A DNA stretch of 64,000 bases from Chlorokybus atmophyticus. Taxonomy: Eukaryota > Plantae > Mesostigma and Chlorokybus algae. Positions 51,241 to 64,000 of the stretch are shown one piece after another. A model generated the notes under the pieces. The model was not told the origin of the DNA. It was given only the letters and a program-made list of their open reading frames with translations, and did no database searches. The stretch is from NCBI GenBank assembly GCA_009103225.1, contig RHPI01002910.1, positions 195,645 through 259,644 of the forward strand, read 5' to 3'. A program made the translations under genes and the position numbers. Numbering within the stretch: the first letter of the stretch is position 1; every line of letters starts with the position of its first letter.

Positions 51241-53171
51241 TGGAGTCATGACTGAGGGAGCCGAGTTCAATTGGCAGATTGTACTCTGAGTCTGAGTTGC
51301 ACTCCCAAGTTGCAGCAGCAAGCACCAAGCAATGCAAGCGCAAGAGAGGTTGCGCTTGCATCTGCTGCATGTAGATACTGTACTGTATACTGTCCTGTAC
51401 ATGCACTGTACATACATTGCTCGCATAGATAGCCTGGAGTGTGCAAGTAGACTGAGCTTGTGCCAATAAGTGGCGTGGATTGCTGCCATTATTGAGTTTA
51501 AGGATAGTTTGCTCTCGTTTACTTTGCTGACTGGCGTGCGTGAGTGATGCAGAGTAAGTGCAAGCCGTCAGCATTGTGCGTGCACAGTCTCTTGGTTGCA
51601 CTGTATCATGGCTGTGCGAAGTTGCACTTGAACTGGGCACAGTCCACGCGGGCTCATCTTTTGCAACGTTACATATTGGTAATGCCACTTGCACTAGTAC
51701 CACAAGTTTCCACACTGGTTGCACACGTAAACTATGGTGCTTTCCTCGTCCGTGTGATCTGTCCATTGTGCGCCTTGCATGAAGGCACCGAAAGGTTCGC
51801 CACTTTGTAAGAGTATGCCGAGTACCCAATGGGCGGGCCCTCACCACAAGAGACAATCCGCAGTGAGTGTCGCTTGGCATGTGTGGTTAGCGCATGTGCT
51901 TGTACGTGTTCCTGTAAGAGCGCGTGCGCGTGTGTGGGCATCTGCGTGCATGTGTGCATATGTGTAAGTTTGGTGCAGTGTGGCGGAAGCTGAACACCCT
52001 GGCGATACCCGCACACTGTGGTTTCATCCACGCTAGTCGCAACAGGTGCATATTGTGGCATCAGGTTTACACGTGTGTGCGTATTACATGATACATCATG
52101 TTGTGTATTTTGTGTGACACAGGTAACTGGGGATGCGGGACCTTTGTGCCATGATGCCGAGCTGCTGTCTCTGCTTCAGCAATTGGCAGCGGGTGGCATG
52201 GTGGGCAGAGTAACTGTCCATTATTAATGATGTCGAAACCGGGAGTCTCAGCTGAGCCGCGCCTGGATACATTAAGTCGCTGTTGCACGAACACAACACT
52301 GAAGTTTATACGCGCACGCTCGCGTAGAAACACGCACAACACGCACACGCGCAAGCACTTTTTGTGTTGTTGTTGTTGCTGCTTTCATTCAGAACTGTCA
52401 GTTTCGTAATCTGCGCATGTGCTTTGCAGGTGAGCTGTACAAGTTTTTGGACAGCTTGTCAATGGTAAATCTAACAATTGTAAAAGTGGAGTGTAGAAGC
52501 GTTCCAAGTGTGTTGGGGTGTGCGCAGCAGCGCCACGCTTATTATGTGTAAACGTGGAGGCTGGGCGCGGAGACGGATAAAAGATGGCAGGCACATGGGT
52601 AGTACAAGGATTGTTAGGGATGACGCATAACTTACCTATCATAACTTAGAGACAACAGCAGAGGTGTACAGCGTGTGCAGCATGAGTGGCAACAACAATA
52701 CTTACCCAAACTAACAAGCCAACATGATCTGTGTGTGGCTGCCTTTGTGGCTTAATCTCTGACGTCATAGTACACGCATCTCTTGTTGTCACAGTCGCAG
52801 ACAACATCATGACCATCAATCCGTGACAAGACTTGGGTTGTTGGGGAGCTTGCTGGGGAGGAACTAGCAACATGTACACGCGTACAACTTGCAGGTCTGC
52901 CTGTTCCCTACGTCACACAAGACTGAATACACGCGTACAATGAGTTTGATGCTTTGTCATGTATGCATACACAACACCGCATGCCTGATTCATCTAAAAA
53001 TGACACAGTGCATGCGCTATGCGCAGCTGAGGACCGCACGGAGTGAAAGCTGCGCATCCAGGTTTCAAGCAGCAACGTCAATATATGTGAAGAATGACTA
53101 TTGTAATATCTTTTCTATAAAGACCATCAAGGATGTACAGGAGCTACAAGGGCCTTGGCAGGCAAGCGGGC

Positions 53172-56100
53172 TTACTCTACTGCAAACGCAGTCTTGTGGG
53201 CAGCGCCTTGTTGTGGCTGCAACGCTCGCATACCGGTGTAGTACACTACTGAAGCCAAGAAGAACCCGACAAACCAGGCGTATATGTATAAGCTGGTCCA
53301 CACTGAGGGCACTTGAGCCGCGACTCCTGCTGCCTGGGCAACACACATCCCATCGTCACAACGATAATGTACCGGACTGCAAGGTCCACAACGTGAAGCT
53401 GCTTGGGTTCAACGCTTAATACAAGCCATCACATGACTAGCGCAGTGCCGCTCTCAAGAGCCACATATGTATAGCTGCATACTGTCAGAAGCGCCAAAAG
53501 AACGTGTGCGGGCGTGCGTGTGCGGCCAGCATTGTGCGCACCTGAAGAAAGCCTGGGATGTTGGGTGCAACGCCAGCTATTAATGCAGCAACAGCCACAG
53601 GGTTGACTCCGCCATGATACCAGTACGCCGCATCCCGATCCTAATACCATGCAGCATTGATGACGGGCTGACCAGCAACAACCCCACAGTTTTGGCATTC
53701 ACTGATGGGGACGTGTTGATAGCCAGAAAACTTGCCTTGGAGTACAACGCATCAATGTCAAGCGTCCGCCTTCTAAGTAGAAAATAATCGGTGATGATGA
53801 TACCGCCGACCGGGCCTAGCAGTGCAGAGTATCCAATGAGCCATGTATAGATGAACCCCTGTCGTCACCCAAGTCAGGTGGTAGAAATAGCCCACAATAG
53901 TTGCAACAAATGCCGCAAGTTGGCAAGCAACGAGTGCAGACCTGTGTGGATGATATCAGTCTCCACGGTGCAATTGCTACACCCAGTACGGCTGCAACGA
54001 GGCCCCCGGTGCGAAATGATATCTTATTCGGTGCGAGGTTGACCTGAATTCATGTATGCGAAGGTGAGGATGATCAAGCCTGCTGGCAGCAGTCATGTTT
54101 ATGTCTTACAGCTTTCTTACACATTGCAATCGGCCTATGACGCTCGTGTCGAAGCTTACCAGAGCATTTGCGGGTGCGACAACATTCGCAGCTGTGGGGA
54201 CACGCACGAATGAGCTGTGAGTTTCCGCACAACTGGCGTCACTGTTGCAGACAATAACGTGTGTACATGTGCAGTAAACCACCACATCACGAGTGGTTGC
54301 GAATAATGCTTGAAAAGCTTGACAGCACCGTTGAATGTTGTGCTTGCCACCCCACTCAAAGGACTGGTACATGTGGCACCTTACCTATATTGGTTGACAG
54401 CGTGGCGAGAAGCAGCCCGATGAGGGACAAGCAGGTGGGCAACAGGCCTTTAATACGGCTAAGCAGCTCAATCTGTTGATAACATGTAGCAGCAGCTTAG
54501 CTTTTGCGTATCAGGCTGCCAGAGCATGCAAGCAGCCTACCATAGACTGTTGAGTTTGATGTTGGCTGGGTTACAGAGGATACTCACTGGATCAGCGATG
54601 GCATGGCCAAATATGACGACGGTGGCTGAGGTCACGGCCAGCCCAATAAATGTGAAAAGCGCCATAAACAACTGCACGCCAAGGAGAGACTCAAGACACA
54701 GTGTCACACGTGCATTTTGCGTTATAACATGACAGGCGCTCAAGGCTTTCATGCAGCTGTCAAGGAAATGCATGGCAGTGTGTGTGTAACAGAGATAGCA
54801 TACCGGCAGGCCGATGGCTTGGCCGAGGAGCTGTTCGGTCTGGCTGCGTGCATATCGTGTGAAGTCCGGGATGTTCAGCGACAGCGTCGCCCAAAATCCA
54901 ACATTTGCTACACACAATAACAACTAGAGTTACTGCGTTGACATCTTCAAGAGCTACTGCACATTCGGGACTTACCGGTCAGACTTGCAAAGAATACTGG
55001 CCAGAACTCGCCATGCTTCGGAAACCCGGGAGCAAACTGCGATGGCGCTGATAGCATGCTACCAAATCCTCCTGCCCTGATCATGTTGCATCGTGAAGCG
55101 TTGCCGATACATCATCAACGCCGCTTGCAGACTACATCACGTGTTGTACCTGAGGTATGCCCATGCAAGGAGAGCCAAGCCCATCGCAATCAAAACGGGC
55201 GCAGCGTACTCCTCCACTTGGCGTATGGACTCGATGCCGCGCACAATGATTGCAACCTACGATGGTTTTAGATTGATTGTCATCCATGTTCCTGCCTTTG
55301 AACTTGATGCATGTACGACAGTAGTTTCTACCTGTATGGCCCAGAAGACCATGAAGCAAGCAAACTGCGAGAGGGATATGGACATGATGTTGGTTGATGC
55401 TTGCGCAATGTTGTTGCCAGTGAGGGCGCTAACGAGGCGGTGAATGGCTGTGCCGCCAACCCAAGTCTGCGGATAACATAACAAAGTCAACAACAACAAC
55501 AGAGCTGATGTCAAGCACTGCTTGTCGCACCTGAATGCCAAACCACCCGCAGGCCACCAGCGCACGCAGGAGGGACGGGATGTTTGCGCCAAGCACTCCA
55601 AAGCTTGCGCGTGCCAGGACCGGAAATGGTACTGTGGATGGAGTGAGTGAGCGAGTGAGCGGGAGAGTGAGTTTGTGGGTGCGCAAGAGGGCTGCTAAGG
55701 AAGTGACTACGCAAGGGCGTGAGTGGTCGAGTGAGCGGGTAAATGAGTGAGTGAGTGAGTGACTGCACGAGGGGTCGTGGTCGAGTGACTGGCTCAGTGA
55801 GTGACGAAGCGAGCGAGTGAATGGGTGACTGAGTGACGGAACTAGCGGATAGCATCAACCCACTCGATAGCACAAGGGGAAGGTGCATGCCTGACAGGCG
55901 GAACGTCTCAACAAGGCACGCGACAGAGGAAGCAAGTTCATTGTTGCATGGTGGCTTCTAACTCACTTCCGTACTTGGTGCCAGGGTGGCCGGTCAGCAC
56001 CATAGGAAAAAGAACGATCACGTTGCCGAGAAACACTGTAAGGACACCCTGCCACCTACAACCATTATGACTCCCGCAAACAGCAACAGAAACTACCAGT

Positions 56101-57006
56101 GAAACACCGTCAAAAGTAAACGATTTGTTACCATGACATTCCGAGCTCGACAAGGCTGCCAGCGAGGTAGTATGTTGGCACGCACACAACGAGGCCGATC
56201 CACAGCGAGGCCAAATCGTACACGCGAAATGTGCGGGCTGTTGTAAGCGTCGGCGCAAAGTCCTCATTGCTGAGCAAGTTAGCACACGTCTGTCAGTTGT
56301 ACACGCATATGCGACTTATTTAAGGAGAAGAAGCTCACGTTATCTTATGCATATACACAGAACGTATGGTGTACACATGCACAATGCACAAACCAGAAGT
56401 ACATGCATACACACCACAAGTGCAGCTGCACATGTGTTGTACATGCATGCACGCAACTGTTTGCAAGTTACTTGTGTACGCGCAACACGTATGTAATAGC
56501 ATGCCATGCACGATGCATGCAGTTGACTGCATGCATTGCGCTTTGGTTGCATGGCAGAGCAATGCAACGCAGCATTGTGTGGTACAGCACACTCGCAGGC
56601 AGGCACAATCTCTCATATATGCATACATGAGCGAGGGATGGGCGTCGACAGGGGTCCTGGCAGCAATTGGCTCAGTGAGCGCATTGAAGGCTTGCTTCAG
56701 GCCGCCTCCGCCTCTGTCTCCATCAGCGCTCCCGTCATAGCTGCCTCCCTGCGTGCTTGTTTCAGCAGCGTTGACAATATTCCTCCTCCTCCTTCTGGCA
56801 GTCCTCTTCCTGGTCCGTGTTGAAGAGCCCGTCAGCTGGGGTGTCGCCGCGGCCGAGCTTGGGAGGACGGCCACAGCCTTGACAGCTGGCAGCCTGGCTT
56901 GCAACAACGGCGACGCCGAGCTCGCGCTCGATGCCGGCCATGACAACGACAACAACGACGACGAGTACGCCACGCCTGCCCTCGCCGCCGCCGCCGTGTA
57001 GGCCAT
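53172..57006 (-). CDS. NCS1 nucleobase:cation symporter (PLUTO-like) with plastid transit peptide
   Basis: Motifs [20 protein letters not shown]...[109 protein letters not shown]. The N-terminus is Ser/Ala/Arg-rich; TAA at 53174-53172. Confidence 0.92.
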
Positions 57007-57442
57007 GCTGGCTACTACGACATTGTCAGCATCCACCTGCTGAAGGTGGATGTAAAGGCAGCGGCGGCGGCGGCGGCGGTGCAAGCTGGTCACGTAGCTG
57101 CTTCAGGGTGTGGGCCACCGGATCATCTGGTCGGGGAGCCTTCCAGGCCAGGTGCAATCGCCAGCCTTCAGCAGCAACAACAGCTGCTTTCAGTGCTGCC
57201 ATCGCTGCTTCAGCACAGCTTGCAAGCAACAGGTTTGTGTGCTTGCTTGATTTGTAGCATGCTAAAGCTAGGCTGAGCTAGGGCTAGTCCTGTTGTATCA
57301 GCTGGAAAGCATGCTGCAAGCGTGTTCAGCTGTGCCGTCCTCAAGCATAACCAGATGTCCATATTGTGTCAAGCTAGGTGACCTCAATTGACGTTTGATC
57401 TTCAGTAGAGGGCATGTTGTGACGAGCAGTCAGGCGGCTTAT

Positions 57443-59163
57443 ATGGGCGAGGAGGCAGAAGTACACAAGAAGGTGGACTTGACTGATCATGATGATGCTG
57501 TTGACCATATCAGTCTTGATACTGGTAGGGTATTGATGATCGTAACCCGGGTACAGGTAGCTTGTGTGTACCACTACCCATGCCCAGATGGAGTGTTTGC
57601 CGCAGTGGCAGCACACCTGTACCACAAAGCCATTGGCTGCAAGGTACCAACTGTGTCTGCCTCAGAGTTCCCGTGTACGCGCCTTTGCACGGCGCCATCA
57701 CGTATGCACACCAGTGGACATGCACGTGTTAACCAACGCACATTATAGCATAGTAAGGTATACCTGTTCAAGCCAAGGCAACTGGTGTTTGGTCACAACG
57801 CGCATGCTTTGGCAGGTCGACTTCTATGCCAACACAGTGTTCTCGCCACTGTCGCTGGATAGTTGGAACCCAGAATCATATGATGCGGTGTACATGCTGG
57901 ACTACATTGGCCCTGCGGGCTATGCGCAAATGCTGGCAGCCAAGACAAAAAGTTGTGTCACCTTGCAAATGTCTACTCGAGCCCGCACGCTTAGCTTTAG
58001 CTTTGATGCCTCTTATTCTGGCTGACTCTTATCTTAGGTGTGGTCTTCATGCCAGCAGGCTGATTCTGTTGGACCATCACAAGACCGCTGCGGAGTGTTT
58101 GGCTGAGTCAGAGCTGCCATCGAACATAGAAACCACCATCGACATGGCGCGGAGTGGCGCCACCATTGCATGGGACTACTTCCATCAGAAAGCAAGCACG
58201 CAAGGTTTTTACATCCCATCACACCTGAACTGAGTGTTGCTTTCAGATTTGTCTTCTGTATACGATGGCTTCAACTCTTGTTGTAGAGTGAGACTCACTT
58301 GTGTTACCTCTTTTCTGTCCAGGGTTGGAGCTTGTGCAAGCGAAGGATAGGGAGCGTGTGGACTCATTGTTCAGATATATCGAAGACGCGGATCTCTGGC
58401 AGTGGAAGCTGCCAGGCAGTAAAGCCTTCACCTCTGGCTTGGGTGACTTGCAGCTGGAGATGGACATCAACCGCAACGGGAAGCTGTGGAGTGAGCTTCT
58501 GGCCCTGGAGCCCGCGGCACTAATCAGGAAAGGGGAGAGGAGTCTGAAGGCCAAAGACGTTGCGTTGCAGCGAGCAATGGCCACGAGCTTTGTTATCGAG
58601 CTGGGCGGCCACGGCAGATGCTTGGTAAGGCTGGTTGGGTGGTGCCTCTCAAGTGGTGATTGGTTGTGGTTGTCTGTGTGCGTGTGTTTGCCGTCGTCTC
58701 AGTGCACCGCAACAGCGCAGGCGGTGAGGGCAGATGAACTGAAGCATCTGAGAAGTGAGTTGGGCAACAGGCTCGCTCGCAAGAGCCTCAAAGCAGGGTT
58801 AAGGTGCGTGGTTGTTTTCTGTGACTGTCGTTCTTACAGCACAAAATGTTGCAACCATCCATTGCTCTCTGCTACGCTGTGCAAGTGAACAGTTCTCTTC
58901 TTGGCAGAGGGATTGGTGCAGTGGTGTATACTCCATCAGAGGACACGAGCTTAGTGAAAGTGAGTCTGCGTAGCATTGGAGAAGAGGAAGACACCACAGT
59001 TATATCAAAGGTACCGGCTTCGCTGCACCAGGTTATGTTGCGCATGCGTGTGCACGCGCGTGTGACATGCTTCTTTGGCCAGGCTTATGGCGGAGGTGGG
59101 CACTGCGCTGCAAGTTCCTTCCTGATAAGCAAGCAAGATTTTGCAACATGGCTTGTGGATTAA
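57443..59163 (+). CDS. DHH-family phosphoesterase with DHHA1-type C-terminus
   Basis: Motifs YHYPCPDG, YMLD, ILLDHHKT, RSGATIAWDYF, YIEDADLW, KVSLRS and GGGGH in order across about 7 exons; TAA at 59161-59163. Start codon is tentative. Confidence 0.88.
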
Positions 59164-59476
59164 GCTGCGACACCTCTTTGTGCATCTGAAAGGCACTCGT
59201 GTGTGGAGAACAGGTTGCAACGAGCCCATGGATTACAGGTGCAACCTGTCAGATGCGCGCAAGAGCAATCCCACACGCACGTACCAGCTAGTACTGTGGA
59301 GTGTTTGCATGTCGTGTTGGATGAAGTATAGCAAGCCTGTCCACGGACACCATGCAAAAGTGGTAGGATATGACTAGTATGGCTTAGCAGCATATGTGCG
59401 ATAATTACAGGTTGAAGCCGCTATCCCTGTGCAGCAGGTGATATAAATAATGCAATATAATAGTGTTGCCAGGCCA

Positions 59477-62000
59477 TCACTCTCTGTCATCAACAGCAAG
59501 CCTGGATCGGCCTTCATTGTCCAGCAGCTGCATGTCAAACTCCTCGTCGTCATCTTCGGGCTTGAACACCTTTTTCAAGCGGGCGAAGAAGCCCACCTTT
59601 GTCATCTTCTGTCGGCGCGCAGCCTCCTCTTCGGCAAATGTGGCATAACCGTGCACGGGCCTCACCACCTTGGACTCCTTTTCAAACCTCCTGAAGGCTT
59701 CCACCAGCTCGGCCGCGTCCCGCGAGTCCTCAACACTCAAGGCCGCTGCTTCTCCCTACAGGACAACATGAAGGATATGCAGCGAGCCAATGCACACCCA
59801 TACGGACAGCATGCAGTTCTGTAGCATATTCCCTGACAAAGATGGTTCACCAAGAAGGTGTACATTGCAACAATATTACACCATGTACCTCCTGCTCGTC
59901 TTCGACCATAGGTGAAGCCATGGAGAAGGTTGCCAAGCCAATGCGCCCGGCATCGCTTCCAGCAAAGGACACCGCTCCTACTTCACCCCTCCCATGCTCC
60001 TCGGCCTGCACGCACGCAGCAGAGCCCAACATGAAGCTGCTTGCGTGGACGCCTAGCACAACTGTGCCATAAGACCCTTTCTCATGGACTGCTAGGCCCC
60101 TGGCTGCGGTGTGCGTGGCTCACCCTTATCACAGGTGTTTGCTCATTTGAAACCATGACCTGCTGGGCCTCCTGTGACTGTGGCCGGCGCGACATAAACA
60201 TGGTGAGGCCAGCCTGGGCCCAAAACATCCAGCATGAACAACATGGATGGATGATGACGCTACCCCCCACAGAGCCTAGCTGACAGTGCATGGCAAAGCC
60301 TATCCGTGCCATTATCGTTACCTCATGTAACAGCCGATCGACGGACAGTACGCTTTGCCATCGTTTACGTATTCTTTGCAAGTCTTCTTGCTTGTGAACG
60401 GCATCAGCCTGCCAGAGCAACGTGATGTAATGGTTTAGCACTATAGCACTACAACATCCACGAGTGTGCAATGACAGCAACAGATACCTGATCTTGGGAT
60501 GAAGTTGATTGACTTGGTGACTTTTTGCGCAGTGCACGTGTCACGAAGATGGCCGCGGCAATGGTGCACGCAAGTAACGACCCCAATAATGGTATGGGTG
60601 AGAGAAAGTCCACTGGTAACCTTGCCTGAGCAGAGACGAGGATGTCATGCAATGCAATGAAGTGCAAATTGAGCAGAGACGGAGATGGGTTAGAAGAAAC
60701 AAAGTCATTTGCCAAGTACCGGCCGGAAAGTTGTATTTGCTGCAATTGCTGCGATTGTGCGCGGGGCTGCCTGGCTGGCATCAATGGCTCTGCGTACGAC
60801 TGCGGACGTGCTTGGGGGGAGGCATATCTCGCTGTTGCCGCCCTCGCTGTCCCGCAGCGGTATTCGTAAACAGAAGCCCTCTTGCACGTAGTTAGCATTG
60901 GTAAGCGAGTTGTACGCCGCTATCTCTTTGGAAGACATTGCGTATCTGCACAGCCGTTTATGATTGAATGTTGTGGCACATGACGACCGCTTGCGCCTAC
61001 GTGTGTCCGTGTTTGCCCATGCTTGCGTGCCCTTGCATGCAAGCTCTGTGTGCGCATGCTGTTTGTGTTAAAATGCACGCGACAACACCACAGCCTGACC
61101 TCCTTGCAACTTTTGACAGCGTGTCTCCTCGAACGAGTGTGTACAGCTGGTCACTTGATGTGGTAGCGTGAGCAGTCTGGCACACCAAAGAAACGCTGTC
61201 AGTGTTTTGGCAGGTCACGCCTGGCACTTCCACTTGAACTCTGCTTGAATAATCGCGTGTTTTGTTTAACTCTATACCGTGCAAGTGCTTCTGACCAAAC
61301 GAACAGACAGGGAAGTCGTATTCAACCAAAACTTTGCACAGTCAGCCACGACAACTGAGCTGCTCAGTTCAGCTCAGTTCAGCTGTGGACAACTGGTTGG
61401 CACTGGTAATCTCCCCAGCAACATTTTAACGTTGGCTAGCAACCTACAGACTACCTCTTGTGAAGTATAACTCCACAGATCAAGGTACTTGCAGTTCTGT
61501 GCAACGTGACACAAATAGCCTTACACATTTGGCACTGTCTCTAGCACATTGTTGCTGCCTGACAGACGTCATGAGCGGATGCGTGTGTTCTTTGTTTGCA
61601 TTGATCCATAGGCATTTCTCATAAGCATTGGACTGTGCATTGTAAAACCCTAAGGCATGCCCTCAGCCAGTGCGCACACATTGCGAAAGGGTTAGCTGTC
61701 ACATCATGCATCACACAATGTGGCGCACAAAGCATGCCTCTGGCACCTCACCTCATCACTACGGACGCCCACCACAACCTCATTCCTCTTGACGTCCTTT
61801 CCCACGCCTCTCCCGCCGCCGCCGCTGCCGCCGCTGGCAGCAGCTCTGCAAGCCGTTGGGGGTGGCGCCTCTGCTACTCTTCGCCTTGGCCTAGCGCAGC
61901 GTAGCCTTCCTCCGGACACCTCCGTCGACCACGACAAGAACAGTCCTGCGCATGCCTCCCCAGCCAAGGACCCGGACACCGCCGCCACCGCCGCCGCCAT
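59477..62000 (-). CDS. LysM-domain protein with transit-peptide-like N-terminus, one transmembrane helix and a charged C-terminal tail
   Basis: LysM split by an intron (61099-60946): YTLVRGDTLSKVARR|YAMSSKEIAAYNSLTNANYVQEGFCLRIP. TM PIPLLGSLLACTIAAAIFVTRALRKK; N-terminus MAAAVAAVSGSLAG...RLRCARPRRRVAEAPPPTACRAAAS; last exon ends LAVDDRE*. Confidence 0.8.
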
Positions 62001-62853
62001 GTTCTCAGCCTTATTTTCTACAATTTTGCCGCCAATTTTTTCTCCCAAAATGCCATGCCCGTTTGAGGAGCGCACGCTGCGGTCAGTTGGACGAGCCCGC
62101 AGCCGGGCATCAGCAACCTATTCAGCACGCTCGCCTGCATGCATATCGGGTCCAAGGCTTGATATCTGTAAGACAACGATATCAAAGTGCAGTGCCAGCA
62201 ACAATCATTCCCTGCGCTCTGCATGTTGACGTGGCAGGCTGCACAGTCAGTGGGCGGAGGCGGCGGCGGCGGTGGTGGCGCCGGTGCATATAGCCGTCGT
62301 TACTCTTGGTAAAAGTTGCCGTGTGTTACAGAATTTGTTGATCAAACGGTGGTTGTGAAGCCAGGCGGAGGGGGAGGCGCGTCTGTCTCGTGGTAAGCTG
62401 TAGACTTTGCCAAGCATAAGATTGCTGTTGGCATTGGCACCATGTGTGCTTTTGCAATCACACACACCTAGTTCTGGTCAGTTGAACTCTGTGCAAGAAA
62501 TGTAACTCTGTAAGTGCTCTTTGAAAACGAGTACCAAAAAGCAGCAAAGCTGTTGTTGTCTTGATAAACTTGCATGCCACGAGTTTGTTTTCGTCTTTTT
62601 GGTGCATTGCAGCTCATGCGCACACACGACAGCACATGCAAGACCTGCGCTGAGCTCACACTGCATGTCCCTGTGCGTCTTTCACAGGCGCCAACATACA
62701 CAAAACAGAGCCCTGAGAGAGAGTGACCTCCACCCCTATTCCACACACCACAGACACAGACAACATGAGCTCAACGCGCCACTGAAGCCATGCCCTTCAC
62801 CTCATAACCCTACCCACACACAACCCTCACGCACGCACACACACCCAACAACC

Positions 62854-63700
62854 ATGCATTGCAACCGACACGCTTTCCTCCCCTCCCTCCTCCACTCACT
62901 TTCCTCTCCCTCCTTCCCCTACTTCAGACCCTCCCACCTCCCACAACCATTCACCACCCTCCCCGCACTCACCAACTCACTCACCCGCCCAGTCACAACC
63001 GCCACTCTCTCTTCTCAGCGACGGCTACACGCTGATGGCATCCCCAGCTCCCCTCCCGTCTCGCAATCTGAGTTATCTCGTCTTCACGACTTCGTGTCCA
63101 ACTGCGCGCCGGGCCGCCTGGTGGCGCTGACGGGGGCGGGGACGAGTACAGAGAGCGGGATACCGGATTATAGGTCGCCCGGGGGGGCGTACTCGACCGG
63201 CTTCAAACCAATGACGCACCAGGTGATGGGTGGTGTTGTGGTGTATGCGAACGACAGCTTTGACAGCGTCATTGCCGTTGCCTGGTGCATGCAAGCTTGC
63301 GTACCTGGAGCACGGCATTGATAGCCATGGCATCACACGCAACGACAAGATTGGTTTGATTACAAACGACAACGGATGTGCGCCATGGCGGCTCGTTGCT
63401 TCAGTTCACTGTGATGCACTGCTGAACTCTATACCAGTATTGAATTCCCTCCACTCCTTCACGCCACACGTACACTGGCACACGCACTCGCACCCGCCCG
63501 CGCCCGCAGACACCCGCACACACACTCATGTACGCTCACTTGCAGTCCTTCATGAAGTCCCCCTCCTCCCGCTCCCGCTACTGGTCCCGCTCCTTCTTCG
63601 GCTACCTGCCCTCCGTGGCCCCCTCCGCGGCGCACAAAGCGCTCGCGCGGTTAGAGAGTCTCGGGAGGCTACACGCCGTCGTCACGCAGAACGTCGACAG
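62854..63700 (+). CDS. SRT2: Class II sirtuin (SIRT4/SRT2-like NAD-dependent deacylase) with organellar presequence, 3' part outside window; exons 62854-63222, 63546-63700
   Basis: LVALTGAGTSTESGIPDYRSPGGAYSTGFKPMTHQ|SFMKS...RYWSRSF...AHKALARLE...VVTQNVD matches the SIRT4 subfamily pattern. Confidence 0.92.
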
Positions 63701-64000
63701 GTGAGAGGGGGTGTACGGGGTGTACGTGTGTGACTAACGCAAGTGCACGGTGTGTGCATGTGCATGCGTGCGTACGTAGTGAACTTATCCGGGGCTGTGT
63801 GCACGCGCACACGATCGCACCTGTCAGTACGCGTTCTCCTGCGTGCTCAAGCACGTGCACGAGTGCGAGCACACATGTATGCGTGTGTGCATGGACACGC
63901 TTTTGTATACACTTGGTATGCGCGCTGGCACGCACGCACGAGCGTCTGTATACACGTGCGCAAACACGCATGTGCGCGTGTATGTGTGTGTAGAGGTGTC

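Noticed and set aside
51750-52230. Possible small plus-strand spliced gene
   Set aside because: Candidate junctions lead to immediate stops; no homology recognised.

Overview
Eukaryotic nuclear DNA, intron-rich (GT-AG, with occasional GC-AG), most consistent with a green alga. The basis is plastid/mitochondrial-type targeting peptides, a plastid-type NCS1 transporter, an organellar HslV and telo-boxes; the species cannot be determined from sequence alone. About 14 spliced genes can be reconstructed by eye: organellar TsaD/GCP1 (5'-truncated), a coiled-coil gene crossing a 783-nt assembly gap, a TPR+DnaJ co-chaperone, HslV, a cyanobacterial-type soluble lytic murein transglycosylase (SLT), an oligopeptidase-B homologue lacking its catalytic Ser, a bacterial-looking orphan, condensin CAP-G, a triple C4-zinc-finger protein, an orphan multipass membrane protein, NCS1, a DHH phosphoesterase, a LysM+TM protein with a transit-like N-terminus, and a class II sirtuin (3'-truncated). 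Positions ~39-49 kb are gene-free and hold a decayed intron-containing pogo/CENP-B-type transposase, minisatellites and a ~1-kb tandem repeat family. The most notable signal is two intron-containing peptidoglycan-related genes (SLT and LysM-TM), pointing to plastid peptidoglycan remodelling/binding. Other highlights are a membrane-anchored S9 pseudo-peptidase and a 5-nt microexon in hslV. All exon models are manual and unverified by RNA or database searches.
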